Part shown: one piece after another, positions 1-9,629 of the stretch
Layout of the letters: every line of letters starts with the position of its first letter
Numbering within the stretch: position 1 is the first letter of the stretch
Source of the DNA: an uncultured Gemmatimonadales bacterium
GTDB taxonomy: Bacteria; Gemmatimonadota; Gemmatimonadetes; Gemmatimonadales; GWC2-71-9
NCBI GenBank assembly: GCA_963842945.1
Contig: CAWJIM010000016.1
Location: 64,001 to 128,000, forward strand
Direction of reading: 5' to 3'
Length of the DNA: 64,000 bases
The notes under the pieces: model-generated
What the model saw: the letters and a program-made list of their open reading frames with translations, nothing else
Database searches by the model: none
What the model was told of the DNA's origin: nothing
Translations under genes and position numbers: made by a program

Positions 1-198
1 CATCTCGAGCAGGATGGCCGGCAGCCGCGTGTCCAGCGTGTGCCAAGGCGCCCTTCGCGGCAGCTCTGAAACCAGCTGCAGCGTACGATTGACCCGCGCC
101 TTTTCGGGCTCGGAAGGAGGGAGCTCTTTGGCAGGCTGTTGGCAGCCCTGGGTCAGTGCGGCAAGCAGGACGACGGTTGCAGCTGGCGGGATCTTCAT
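1..198 (-). CDS. Hypothetical lipoprotein, runs off the window edge
   Basis: Read by hand (not in ORF track): MKIPPAATVVLLAALTQGCQQPAKELPP..., hydrophobic signal with lipobox LTQG-C, open to position 1. Confidence 0.55.
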   Translation of the reverse strand, partial: MKIPPAATVVLLAALTQGCQQPAKELPPSEPEKARVNRTLQLVSELPRRAPWHTLDTRLPAILLEM

Positions 199-327
199 CA
201 CGAGACATAACCTACGTCGCTGAGAGAGTCGCTGATAGGCGACGGCATCCTACGCCGAGGCTGCGTGCTGCGCGGTTCACTGTGCAGCGGATGCATGACG
301 CCGCGGGCACTATGGCCCGATTGCAGA

Positions 328-358
328 GAGGGCTCACCGGTTTGGGCGAGCCCCTTTC
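328..358 (-). terminator. Hairpin downstream of the Kelch remnant
   Basis: agggctcacc-ggttt-gggcgagccc, similar to the hairpin at 642-670. Confidence 0.45.
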
Positions 359-377
359 CACAGTGCTGTGCTGACTA

Positions 378-492
378 CTACGGGACGTATTGGAGGTTGT
401 TGGGCACCCCACGGCAACAGCCGATCACTTCGATCCTCGGCTTGCCGTTCAGAAAGACTCGACTTGCGGCTGCGACTTGAGGATCGGGACAT
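378..492 (-). pseudogene. Kelch-lipoprotein gene remnant with a large internal deletion
   Basis: GGAGG + ATG (492) joined almost directly, out of frame, to ...SRVFLNGKPRIEVIGCCRGVPNNLQYVP*, the same C-terminus as the two intact Kelch genes. Confidence 0.75.
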
Positions 493-583
493 ATGGATCC
501 TCCGGATCGAACCCTGGGTGAAAGACTCGCCCGTGGAAGCGAGGGGCTGGCGGGCGTCCTGTCCCAAGTAATCGGGACACTAC

Positions 584-627
584 AGAATGCATCAGGAGGG
601 CGGAAACCCGTGTGAACCCGGTGTGAA
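584..627 (-). promoter_or_regulatory. Triple direct-repeat promoter, copy 1
   Basis: Minus strand TTCAC-accggg-TTCAC-acgggt-TTCCG-N11-CATTCT. Confidence 0.65.
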
Positions 628-641
628 GGATTCCATACAAA

Positions 642-670
642 AGGGCTCACCGGTGATCCCGGTGAGCCCT
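642..670 (-). terminator. Intrinsic terminator of the Kelch gene
   Basis: Perfect 12-bp stem agggctcaccgg/ccggtgagccct followed by TTT on the minus strand. Confidence 0.75.
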
Positions 671-688
671 CGAGCGATCGTCGGGACG

Positions 689-1774
689 CTATGGGATGTA
701 CTGAAGGTTGTTGCCTGGTGGGCTCCCGCCCACCACCTCGATCCGGGGCTGGCCGTCGAGGAAGACCCGGATTGCCGCGATGCCGTAGCGTGCGGTCGTC
801 ATTGGTGCGGCGGTGGTCCAAGTATTGGTGATCGGGTGATACACCCGGGTGCTTCGGACCGGCTGCCACCCGTTGGCGCCGGGTTGCCGGCCACCCGTCA
901 GGTACAGCATGGCGCCCTGGACCGTTGCGGCTGCATCCACGCGCACCTGGCCTCCGGTGACCTTCATGGTCCACTGGTTGGTAACCGGATCATACACTTC
1001 GATGGTCTTGCCGTCGGTCAGGTAGAGCTTGTCGTAGAGCACCCCACCCATGTGACCCGCCTGGTATACACCTTTGGGACTCGGAAGCCGGGCCCACCGG
1101 TTGGTCACCGGGTTATAGCGGAAGAAGTTCGATATCCCTGGCCGGCCACCCTCCACAGACCCACACTCGTCATAGTAGAATTCTTCAGGCACCCTTTCAA
1201 AGCAGGTACTGACCACGTAGAGCTTGCCCTTGATCACGCCGGTCAGGCCAAGGGCGCCAGACTCCGGCATGTAGGCCTTCCTGGTCCAGATATTCGTGGC
1301 CGGATCGTACTGGAAGAGTCCCCCGACGGGATCTGCGGCCTGAGAATCTTCGTCCAGATAGTACCCGCCGGAGATGTAAATCTTCCCGTTGACCACCCCA
1401 GTCCCGTTCGTGCCATATAGAGCAGTGGGCAGCCTTGCCTTCTGACTCCAGGTGTTGGTGGCGACGTTGTACGCCTGCACCCAGTCCAGGCTCATATCGG
1501 GCACGGAGTACCCATTGGGACTCTGCCCGGACCCCCGACCACCGATGACATAAACGACGGCCTGGCCGGCCGGATTCGATACCGTTGCGATGGCAGGCCA
1601 CTGGACCTCGTGGGGGATGTCGCGCCGGGTGACCCAGGTATTGTGCGCGACAGCGAGCTCCGGACCGGTGACAGTTGGAGTCTTGGTTGGGGCGGTGGTC
1701 TCGTCGGAGCCGCAGGAGGCCAAGGCCAGCACACCAAGCCCGAGGACGGTGTACCCCAGTGGAAGGTGCCTCAT
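689..1774 (-). CDS. Kelch-repeat beta-propeller lipoprotein
   Basis: Lipobox LAS-C; repeated GKIYISGG, YDPATNxW and LYLTGG Kelch motifs; AGGAGG upstream of ATG. Confidence 0.9.
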   Translation of the reverse strand: MRHLPLGYTVLGLGVLALASCGSDETTAPTKTPTVTGPELAVAHNTWVTRRDIPHEVQWPAIATVSNPAGQAVVYVIGGRGSGQSPNGYSVPDMSLDWVQAYNVATNTWSQKARLPTALYGTNGTGVVNGKIYISGGYYLDEDSQAADPVGGLFQYDPATNIWTRKAYMPESGALGLTGVIKGKLYVVSTCFERVPEEFYYDECGSVEGGRPGISNFFRYNPVTNRWARLPSPKGVYQAGHMGGVLYDKLYLTDGKTIEVYDPVTNQWTMKVTGGQVRVDAAATVQGAMLYLTGGRQPGANGWQPVRSTRVYHPITNTWTTAAPMTTARYGIAAIRVFLDGQPRIEVVGGSPPGNNLQYIP

Positions 1775-1839
1775 ACATCCTCCTAAAATCCCAGCCGGGG
1801 TCAGGGTCAGAATGGCCCAGGGACCCAGCTGATGGGAGG

Positions 1840-1883
1840 AAATTGCATCCAGAGTGGCGAAAGGAGGGTGAACCCGTCGTGAA
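1840..1883 (-). promoter_or_regulatory. Triple direct-repeat promoter, copy 2
   Basis: Minus strand TTCAC-gacggg-TTCAC-cctcct-TTCGC-N11-CAATTT. Confidence 0.65.
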
Positions 1884-1897
1884 GAAACCCTCAGCAA

Positions 1898-3400
1898 TCA
1901 CGAAGCCGAGGTGCGAATGGGAACTCGTCCCAGCAGGCTGCCCCAGCTTCGGAGTTGGCTGGTGACCAGAAACAGCTCGTGTACCCGCCGTTGCCCGTTC
2001 CTGCCCCACTCCTGCCGAGCCTCAGGGAGTGCCAGCATCTCGTTGATGGCGCGCTCCAGCTCCTCCCGGTTGGAGGGATCGTCGATGAGCCGCCCGTCGA
2101 GCCCATCGCGGATCTGAGTTCGTGGCCCGACCGCCCGGGAGTTGCTGAGCACCGGAACTCGCTTCCACATGGCTTCGGCTATGGTGAGCCCGAAGCCTTC
2201 GCGCAGCGAGTTCTGCACGACGATCGTTGATGAGCGCTGCAGGGCATTGACCAGCAGCGCGTTCTGCTCCTTTGAGCGCATAGGTAAGGTGACGATGGCA
2301 ATGTCGTCCTGAACCGCTGGGTGCAGCGAGACGTATGCCCCTCGGAGCTCCTCCAGCACGTCCGTCGCTTCCGGATCGTCCTGGATGGCCTCCGCTTCCG
2401 GGCCGGCGAGCACCAGCCGCACTAAGTCCAGCCGGCGGCGGTGGACTGGATCAGGAGCGGTGTCGCCACCATAGATGGATCGCTTGAGAGAGGCGAACGC
2501 CTCCATCAAGGGGCGGAATCCCTTCAGGCGGTCCCAGCGGGAGACCTGCGTCACGATGGGCCGGGTAAGGAGACCGATGTCTTCCATGGCATTGGCTGGG
2601 GCGGAGCTTCCGTCCGGCAAGACACGGTGAGCGGGGTAAGCATAGGGCGGCTCCACCGTGGGTCCGGGACACACCACCAGTCCGCCGGTACAGAGCACCT
2701 GCACGGCACCGTTCAACGACAGCTCGCAATTCTTTTCCGAGAGCGGATCTATCCCGGGATGGATCACCGTGGATCTGCCGGCCAAGCGCTCCGGGATGTA
2801 CTCCGATGCCGAGAACACCGCGTGATCGTAGGCATCAAGATAGGGCGCCAGAAAGTCCCAGGCCGAGCGGGTCGCCGCGTTCTCCTCATCCAGCCCGATA
2901 TGGGAGCGCCAGATGGTCAGCACCGGGACGTGCTCACGCAGCATTCCGGCGAGCGGCAATGGTTGTGGGTCATGCACGATCAGGAGGTCACCGGGACGAA
3001 CCAGCGACTTGAGCTCCTCCGCGTTCTCCCGATTCACCTGCTCGAACAGCTCACGATCGGCCTTTTCCAGACCGGGATCACCGGCGCCGTGGATGAGGTT
3101 GTGAATCCGTTTGGTCAGCGGGAAGAAGGCGGGGTCCCGGGAGCCGATCACCACCCACTCGATGCGTACGCCGAGATCCCGTAACAGCGGGACCATGTTC
3201 ACCAGCATCTCGGCGACACCGCCACCGTGGGCGGTCGAGTTGACCATCCAGACCGTCCGTCCGCTCAGGCGGGGAAGCACCGCTGCGGCCTCACTCCGGA
3301 GGTCGTGCACTGCCTGGGCGAGGTGGGCGACGGCCTCGTACTCCGCCAGGGTTCGTTGCGTCTCCAGCTTAACGCGCTGGAGTAAGGATCGGGTCACCAT
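1898..3400 (-). CDS. treT: GT4 glycosyltransferase, trehalose synthase TreT-like
   Basis: NSTAHGGGVAEML, HDPQP, QVSRWDRLKG and EGFGLTIAEAMWK motifs. Confidence 0.85.
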   Translation of the reverse strand: MVTRSLLQRVKLETQRTLAEYEAVAHLAQAVHDLRSEAAAVLPRLSGRTVWMVNSTAHGGGVAEMLVNMVPLLRDLGVRIEWVVIGSRDPAFFPLTKRIHNLIHGAGDPGLEKADRELFEQVNRENAEELKSLVRPGDLLIVHDPQPLPLAGMLREHVPVLTIWRSHIGLDEENAATRSAWDFLAPYLDAYDHAVFSASEYIPERLAGRSTVIHPGIDPLSEKNCELSLNGAVQVLCTGGLVVCPGPTVEPPYAYPAHRVLPDGSSAPANAMEDIGLLTRPIVTQVSRWDRLKGFRPLMEAFASLKRSIYGGDTAPDPVHRRRLDLVRLVLAGPEAEAIQDDPEATDVLEELRGAYVSLHPAVQDDIAIVTLPMRSKEQNALLVNALQRSSTIVVQNSLREGFGLTIAEAMWKRVPVLSNSRAVGPRTQIRDGLDGRLIDDPSNREELERAINEMLALPEARQEWGRNGQRRVHELFLVTSQLRSWGSLLGRVPIRTSAS

Positions 3401-3424
3401 ACCAATCGACAGCTGCTATGAAGG

Positions 3425-5270
3425 TCAGGGAGGGGTCTTGGCTGGAAGGGCTGCCCGGAGTGCATTCAGTATCACCGCCACATCGATTCCCTCCTGAAGC
3501 AGCGCTCCAGCGACCGGCGGGATATAGCCTAGACTGGCCACGACCATCGCCGCCCCACTCAGACCGAGCCCTGTCCAGATGCTCTGCCGGGCAATGCTCA
3601 GGGTGCGCCGGCTGATGCGGATCGCCTCGCCCACCCGGGTGGGATCGTCAGCCAGGATCACTGCGTCAGCGGCCTCGGCGCTGATGCCCCCGCCGCTCGA
3701 AGCCAGGGCAATTCCGACCGTGGCGGTGCTGAGCGCCGGGGCATCGTTGGTGCCGTCGCCCACCATGAGGACCGGCTCCCCTTCCTTCATCAGTCCCTGC
3801 ACCCAGGCGACCTTTTCTGCCGGGAGGAGATCACCGTGAGCCTCCTCAATCCCAACCGCCTGGGCTACAGCTGCGGCATTGGCCTGGTCATCGCCAGAGA
3901 GCAGGAGGATCCGCCGGACGCCCAGCCGCCGGAGCTGAGAAATGAATTCAGCCAGCTCGGGGCGGAGCCGGTCGGCATACTCGATCACTCCGGCGCCACG
4001 GCCGTCCACCGCCACATACGCCCTCAGCTCGACGCCGGGCGTCTGCGCCAGTAGCTCGCGCAGTGGCGCTTCAGCCGCCGGATGACGGTGCACCAGGAAG
4101 GACCAGCCACCCACAGTCACGGCGCGCCCTTCGACTGCGCCGGTCACCCCTTGGCCGGAAGCTTCGGTGACGTTCCCCGCCTCGGGCAGCTTAATTCCGC
4201 GAGCTGACGCTTCTTGGACGACGGTCCGCGCGAGCAGGTGGCCGGAGCCCTGCTCGATACTGCCGGCCAGCCGCAGCACGTCTTCCTCGGTGAAGGGCGG
4301 GACGGCAAGCACCCGGTCCACTCGGGGCCGGCCGATGGTGAGCGTGCCAGTCTTGTCGAACACAGCCACCACGATCCGGCCCAGCTGCTCCAGGGCGGTG
4401 CCGTGACGGAAGATGATCCCCCGGCGAGCCGCCCGGTTGATGCCGCCAACGATCGCGACCGGGGTCGCCAGGATGAGAGGACAAGGAGTCGCGACTACCA
4501 GCACCGCGAGCACCCGCGTCGGATCGCGAGAGAGAAGGTATGCCGCGGCACAAACCACCAGGGTCAGCGGCGTGAACCAGACTGCGTACCGGTCGGCCAA
4601 CCGCTGGAGCGGTGCCTTGCTCTCCTGAGCGGTGCGAACCAGCTCCACGATCCTGGCGTACTGGCTTTGGCTCGCCGGAGCCGTGACCCGTACCGTGAGG
4701 GGCCCCTCGAGGTTGAGGCTGCCACTCATCAGCCCGACATCGGGATGGGCGCTCACCGGCACCGGCTCCCCCGTCATCCGGGAGGCGTCCACGTGAGACC
4801 GCCCTTCGATGACGACCGAGTCGCAGGCCAGCAGCTCCCCGGGCCGGAGCAGGATAACATCTCCCACCGCGACGGTCTCGGCGGCGACATCTGTGACCTC
4901 ACCGGCGACCAGACGGTGAGCGATCCGGGGCGCTGCGGCCTCCAGCTCCCGGACCGCCTCCGATGCCCGGCCCTGAGCATAGCGCTCCAACGCCTCCCCA
5001 CCGGTCTGCATCAGGACTACGATAAGGCCGGCGAGCGGCTCCCTCAGAAGGAGTGAGGTGACAATGGCCAGCATCGCCACCAGATCGGCGGCAAAGCGGC
5101 CCGAGGCGATGCCCCGAAGCGTCTGCCACACCACTGGAATACCGGTGAGAACCAATCCAGCATTCCACACCGCGGCGGCCACATTGCTCCGCGCCGCGAG
5201 ATGGAGCAGCAACCCGCTGATGATGCAGAGAAGAGCGCCGGCCGGAAGGAGGTAGGTGCGGCCGACCTGA
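3425..5270 (-). CDS. Heavy-metal P1B-type ATPase with P1B-5 signature; start uncertain
   Basis: TGEP, VVATPCP, DKTGT, GDGTND and QEGID; no N-terminal metal-binding domain. Confidence 0.9.
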
Positions 5271-5277
5271 CCCGGAG

Positions 5278-5976
5278 CTAGAGCGCGGGCGAGATCTCCG
5301 CCTCGCCGCCCCGGCGCAGGCTGAATCCCACTCCCCGCACCGTGCTCAGGAGCCGCTCCCCCGCGGCCTCGCTCAGTTTCCGGCGCAGATTCCCCACGTG
5401 GACGTCCACCACGTTGCTCTCCGGATCGAAGTGCATGTCCCATACCTTCTCCAGGAGCGTGGTCCGCCTGACTACCTCTTCCGGATGAAGCATGAAGTAC
5501 TCGAGTAGCTGGAACTCCTTCGCTGTCAGATCCAGCCTCTTGTCATTGACCGTAGCAATGTGGCGCAACCGGTCCAGCGCAATCGGCGGATACCGCAGCA
5601 GGTCCAGTCGCTCGGCCCCGCCCCGGCGATGGAGGGCCCGGATCCGGGCCAGCAGTTCGTCGAACTGGAATGGCTTGGCCAGATAGTCGTCGGCACCAGC
5701 GTCGAGACCGCGGACGACGTCCTCTTTTGCGTCGCGCGAGGTCAGCATCAGGATCGGTGTCTTCCGGCCTTCCCGCCGGAGCTCGGTGGCCACCTGAAAC
5801 CCGTTCTTTTTGGGAAGCACGATGTCCAACAGGATCATGTCATAGTCGTAGACGTGGGCCAGCATCGTCGCCTCCTCCCCGTCAGGGGCGACGTCTACGA
5901 CATACCCCTCTTCCCTGAGGCCCTGCTCGATGAATCCGGCGACTTTGCGGTCGTCTTCCACAACGAGGATCTTCAT
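5278..5976 (-). CDS. OmpR/PhoB-family response regulator (CusR/CopR-like), orphan
   Basis: MKILVVEDD...LLD...GADDYLAKPF receiver; wHTH with SNVVDVHVGNLRRK and TVRGVGF. Confidence 0.95.
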   Translation of the reverse strand: MKILVVEDDRKVAGFIEQGLREEGYVVDVAPDGEEATMLAHVYDYDMILLDIVLPKKNGFQVATELRREGRKTPILMLTSRDAKEDVVRGLDAGADDYLAKPFQFDELLARIRALHRRGGAERLDLLRYPPIALDRLRHIATVNDKRLDLTAKEFQLLEYFMLHPEEVVRRTTLLEKVWDMHFDPESNVVDVHVGNLRRKLSEAAGERLLSTVRGVGFSLRRGGEAEISPAL

Positions 5977-5982
5977 GTATGA

Positions 5983-6025
5983 AATCTGGGTGGTCGTGGT
6001 TAAGGCTGGCGGAAGGCCGCCTGAA
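5983..6025 (-). promoter_or_regulatory. Triple direct-repeat promoter of the regulator gene, probably leaderless, copy 3
   Basis: Minus strand TTCAG-gcggcc-TTCCG-ccagcc-TTAAC-N10-CAGATT-N6-ATG; no SD. Confidence 0.5.
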
Positions 6026-6133
6026 GCTTTCTTCACGTTCGACAGTGGCCTGGAGCTCGCCCGACTGGGCGCCGGCGCGAACTCATAGGTCAATACTACC
6101 GCAGAGGTTCCGACCTCGAAACCCTCAGAAAGC

Positions 6134-6177
6134 TTCGCCCCGACTTCATCCTCCCTTCATAACGCTCGAGCTAAGTT
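6134..6177 (+). promoter_or_regulatory. Triple direct-repeat promoter, copy 4
   Basis: TTCGC-cccgac-TTCAT-cctccc-TTCAT-N11-TAAGTT. Confidence 0.65.
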
Positions 6178-6233
6178 TGGGCCAGGCGAGAGATCCTGAA
6201 CCGATAGTGGCGGCAGTCGAAGGAGGACACATT

Positions 6234-6443
6234 ATGACTCGAAATATCGGCAACCTGGAACGGATCGCCCGATTGATCGTAGGCGTCCTGATCCTGGGTC
6301 TGTACGGCGCCCTCCCGTCGCCCTGGCGATACGTCACTCTGATTGGATTACTCCCTCTGGGCAGCGGCTTGACCGGCTTCTGCCCGCTATACGCCCAACT
6401 GGGCTGGAACCGCTGGCATCCGACCGGCAGGAGGAGCATATGA
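6234..6443 (+). CDS. DUF2892 (YgaP-like) small membrane protein
   Basis: MTRNIGNLERIARL...GLTGFCPLY; AGGAGG RBS. Confidence 0.85.
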   Translation: MTRNIGNLERIARLIVGVLILGLYGALPSPWRYVTLIGLLPLGSGLTGFCPLYAQLGWNRWHPTGRRSI

Positions 6444-7414
6444 TGCGCCAGATCCAATCCATTCTCGTGCCGCTCGACGGCTCCTCGCTGGCCGAGGAGG
6501 CTCTGCCCCTGGCCCAGGCCATAGCCGAGCGCTCCCGGGCCAAGCTCAAGCTGGTCCTGATCCATGAGCCCCACATCCTGATGGAGCCTGGCCCCGCCTA
6601 CACCAAGGTGGAGCTCGCGATGCAGAAGGCCGACCGGGATTACCTCAAGTCGGTGACTACCCGACTCCGCAGCGTGCTCGGCCGCTCGGTATCCTCGGCG
6701 GTGCTGCAGGGAATTCCGGTGGCACAGACGCTGGCCTCGTATGCCCGGGAGCTGGGTGTTGATCTGGTGGTGATGACTACGCATGGTCGGGGCGGGCTTC
6801 GGCGGGCCTGGCTGGGAAGCGTCACCGACCAGCTGATCCGATTCTCGGAGACCCCCATCCTGGTGGTTCGGCCCGGCGAAGCAGGAGTGGCCAAGCCCGC
6901 GACGGAGATAAAGGAGGTTCTGGTTGCTCTCGATGGGTCACCTCTGGCGGAGGCGGCGCTCGAGCCGGCTGTCACCCTGGCCAAATTGTGGGACGCCGAG
7001 ATCTCGCTGGTGCAGGTGGTTCGTCCGATCATTCTGACCGATGGTGCACCGCTTACCTTCCCTAGTGGCTATTCGGAACAGGTCACAATCTTCCGCCGCG
7101 AAGCCGCCCAGGACTACATCAGGGATCTGGCGGAGCGCCTGCGTGAATCGGGAATCAGAGCAAACGGAGTGGCCGTCATCGGCGCCGCTGTTCCCGAGAC
7201 ACTGATCGATATGGCAGCGCCCGAGCGGGTCAGTCTGATAGTGGCAGCCACCCACGGGCTGGGCGGTCTCAAGCGGATGGTACTGGGGAGTGTGGCTGAT
7301 AAGCTGGTACGCGGCGCAAACGTACCAACTCTAGTGGTCCGCCCTGCCGGCCGCAGGGCGCGCCGGAACTCGGAGGAGATGAATGTTCCGGTCAGTGCGG
7401 GCGCGTCCTTGTGA
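6440..7414 (+). CDS. Tandem-domain universal stress protein
   Basis: Two USP domains: ILVPLDGS...THGRGGLRRAWLGSVTD and VLVALDGS...THGLGG..LGSVAD. Confidence 0.95.
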   Translation: MMRQIQSILVPLDGSSLAEEALPLAQAIAERSRAKLKLVLIHEPHILMEPGPAYTKVELAMQKADRDYLKSVTTRLRSVLGRSVSSAVLQGIPVAQTLASYARELGVDLVVMTTHGRGGLRRAWLGSVTDQLIRFSETPILVVRPGEAGVAKPATEIKEVLVALDGSPLAEAALEPAVTLAKLWDAEISLVQVVRPIILTDGAPLTFPSGYSEQVTIFRREAAQDYIRDLAERLRESGIRANGVAVIGAAVPETLIDMAAPERVSLIVAATHGLGGLKRMVLGSVADKLVRGANVPTLVVRPAGRRARRNSEEMNVPVSAGASL

Positions 7415-7486
7415 TGTCGGAGCCGGTGTGAACCGGTCGTGACCGACCATCCATCTCGGTCAAAGCCAGCGGGCGATGAAGCGATC

Positions 7487-7530
7487 TTAATCTGAGCTTC
7501 ATGCCTCCTTCGCAATGCCGGTCTCATTTT
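7487..7530 (+). promoter_or_regulatory. Triple direct-repeat promoter, copy 5
   Basis: TTAAT-ctgagc-TTCAT-gcctcc-TTCGC-N11-CATTTT. Confidence 0.6.
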
Positions 7531-7574
7531 TGACCGGCATTGCCCCTGATCCGCCGAACCCGAGGAGGCACCCG

Positions 7575-8572
7575 ATGGTTCCGCAGAACCCCAGCGTCTG
7601 GGAGGTCACGCCCGATAACTTTCCCCATGCCGCAGCGATCGATACTCAGCTCCGCTTCCTTCTTCGCTACGCGATCCTGGCGCCTTCGCCCAGAAACTCG
7701 CAGCCCTGGACCTTCGCCATCCGCGACAACAAGGTCTTTCTGCTGGCCGACCATGGCCGGAGCCAGCCGGTACTCGATCCCGACCGGCGCGAGCTCTACA
7801 TCGGGCTGGGGTGCGCGCTGGAAAATCTCCTGGTGGCAGGCGAGCACTTCGGGCTCAGCCACGCGGTGAGCTACTTCCCGGACCGCTGGCATCCGGAACT
7901 GGCTGCAACCGTGTTGTTCGAGCCGGGCGGAACTCCCTCAGCGGTCCGGGTGGGCGCCACCCTAGAGACGATTCGGCGGCGGCACAACGACACGGCGCTG
8001 TACCATTCGATCCCGCTGCCGGAAGAGCTGTTGCGCCGGCTGACTGCCTGCTGCGACGAGCCCGATGTGCGGGTAGAATTGACCGAGGACAGTTTGTTGC
8101 ACGATTGGATTCAGGCGCTAACGGTGCAGTCCGATAGCGTGGACCTGGCTAACCCGGGCTTTCGGATGGAGCTGGAGTACTGGATGAGCCAGGGGATCTT
8201 CGGGCCGGACCGAAACGCTTCGGCAGAGGACAATCCGGCCACCATTCTTCAGCGGCAACGGGCGATTACCCTGGGTCAGCTCAGGGTGGAGAGCGCTCCG
8301 GTGCTGGGGCTGATTCGGGGGCGGGCGACAGCCATCTGGTCCATGTGCGCGCAGGACAGCTGTTCGAGCGCATCTGGCTCACGGCGACCGGCCTCGGCAT
8401 CAGTATCAACCCCATGAGTCAGACGCTGCGCCGGCCGGAGCTAAGGGCGGTCGTCTCCGAGCTGATGCCTGCGGTGGGCTGGATTCCTCAGCACCTGTTT
8501 CGGGTGGGATACTCCTCCGCGCCACCGAAGCTGCGAAGCCCTCGCAGAACGGTCGAGGACGTCATGCTCTGA
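7575..8572 (+). CDS. Acg-family FMN-binding nitroreductase-fold protein; frameshift ~8320
   Basis: LAPSPRNSQPW and GCALENL, continuing in another frame with AGQLFERIWLTAT...PQHLFRVGY. Confidence 0.85.
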
Positions 8573-8576
8573 CCAC

Positions 8577-8624
8577 AGTGCCCGAGGCGAGAGTCGAACT
8601 CGCACGAGGTTGCCCTCGGCGGAT
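8577..8624. repeat. att site: 48-bp copy of the tRNA-Leu 3' half
   Basis: agtgcccgaggcgagagtcgaactcgcacgaggttgccctcggcggat, identical to 11649-11696. Confidence 0.95.
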
Positions 8625-8702
8625 CCTCGCAGGCGAGTCGGATGGTCCTGGGGCTCGCCTACTGGAGATATAAAGAGGATCGACGCAAACGTGCTTAAGC
8701 GT

Positions 8703-9101
8703 TCAGACGCTCGCTGGTGCAGGTCTCGATTGCTTCTGCAAGACCCGCCCGACCGCCGCGCTGAGATCGTCGAGCAGGAAGGGCTTAGTAAGCACTGGAC
8801 GGTCAAGCTCTAGGTCGGAGCGAAAGGCTGACATAAAAATGACCTCCGGAGCGTTAGGTAATGCCGCCAGACGGTCGGCGAGTTGATAGCCATCGAGCTC
8901 GGGCATCAGTAGATCGCAGAGCACAAGGTGGACTTCTACGCCAGACTGCTCGAGTACCGTCAGTGCTTCTACGCCATTCCCTGCAGTCAGGACGCGATAT
9001 CCGGCCTGCTCAACCTTTCGCGCTATGACGCGACGAACACCTTCGTCATCGTCGACCACCAACACTGTGTGCGGGAGTAGCTCAGGGGCGGGGGCATTCA
9101 T
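8703..9101 (-). CDS. Single-domain response regulator (CheY-like receiver)
   Basis: VLVVDDD, CDLLMPELDG, MSA and LTKPF. Confidence 0.9.
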   Translation of the reverse strand: MNAPAPELLPHTVLVVDDDEGVRRVIARKVEQAGYRVLTAGNGVEALTVLEQSGVEVHLVLCDLLMPELDGYQLADRLAALPNAPEVIFMSAFRSDLELDRPVLTKPFLLDDLSAAVGRVLQKQSRPAPASV

Positions 9102-9281
9102 GAGACACCTTCTCTTGCTCGGGGGCGGCATAGGAATCAGCCGTATGGGGCCGACGGAGTGGCGAATCGCAGGAAGCGCAGGACGCACTGGAAGGGAGTC
9201 GCTGAATGAATCTACCCCGCACGCCGGTTGAGCACCAACGGAGCCCAGGAAGTGCCGTCAGCGCACCCCGGCCTGAGCTCG

Positions 9282-9520
9282 CTAAAACCGTTGGTGGAAT
9301 GTGATCTTCACCGTCTGTGGGCTGTTCGTCGCTCCGGTAGCCCACACCTTGATTTTGCCATAATAGGTGCCGCGAGGCAGGCCTGTGCCATCGACCCAAA
9401 CCTTCATGACAGAGGGCGCTGTCCCAATTCTCGGCGACCGCTTGATCCAGGTCGCACTCTTGGTGGATGTCCAGTTGAGGATCCCACCGCCGGTGTTGCT
9501 GATGGACAAGGAGCCTGACG
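9282..9520 (-). pseudogene. BACON/Ig-like domain fragment
   Basis: LSISNTGGGILNWT..W..GTYYGKIKVWATGATNSPQTVKITF; no credible start. Confidence 0.6.
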
Positions 9521-9629
9521 ACGGCCAGCAGAAGCCACGAACTTTAGTTCGACCATCACACCAGGCAGGGGTGGCGAGTTCGAAGCCTCTCCGACTGAGA
9601 GCGATAGTGCGGGCCGCCTCCGTCACCAG

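Noticed and set aside
378..800. DGR template/variable repeat or shufflon at the Kelch C-termini
   Set aside because: Differences are not adenine-specific, there is no reverse transcriptase, and the remnant keeps its own promoter and start
8577..8624. Second tRNA-Leu gene
   Set aside because: Only the 3' half is present; the D-arm and anticodon are missing
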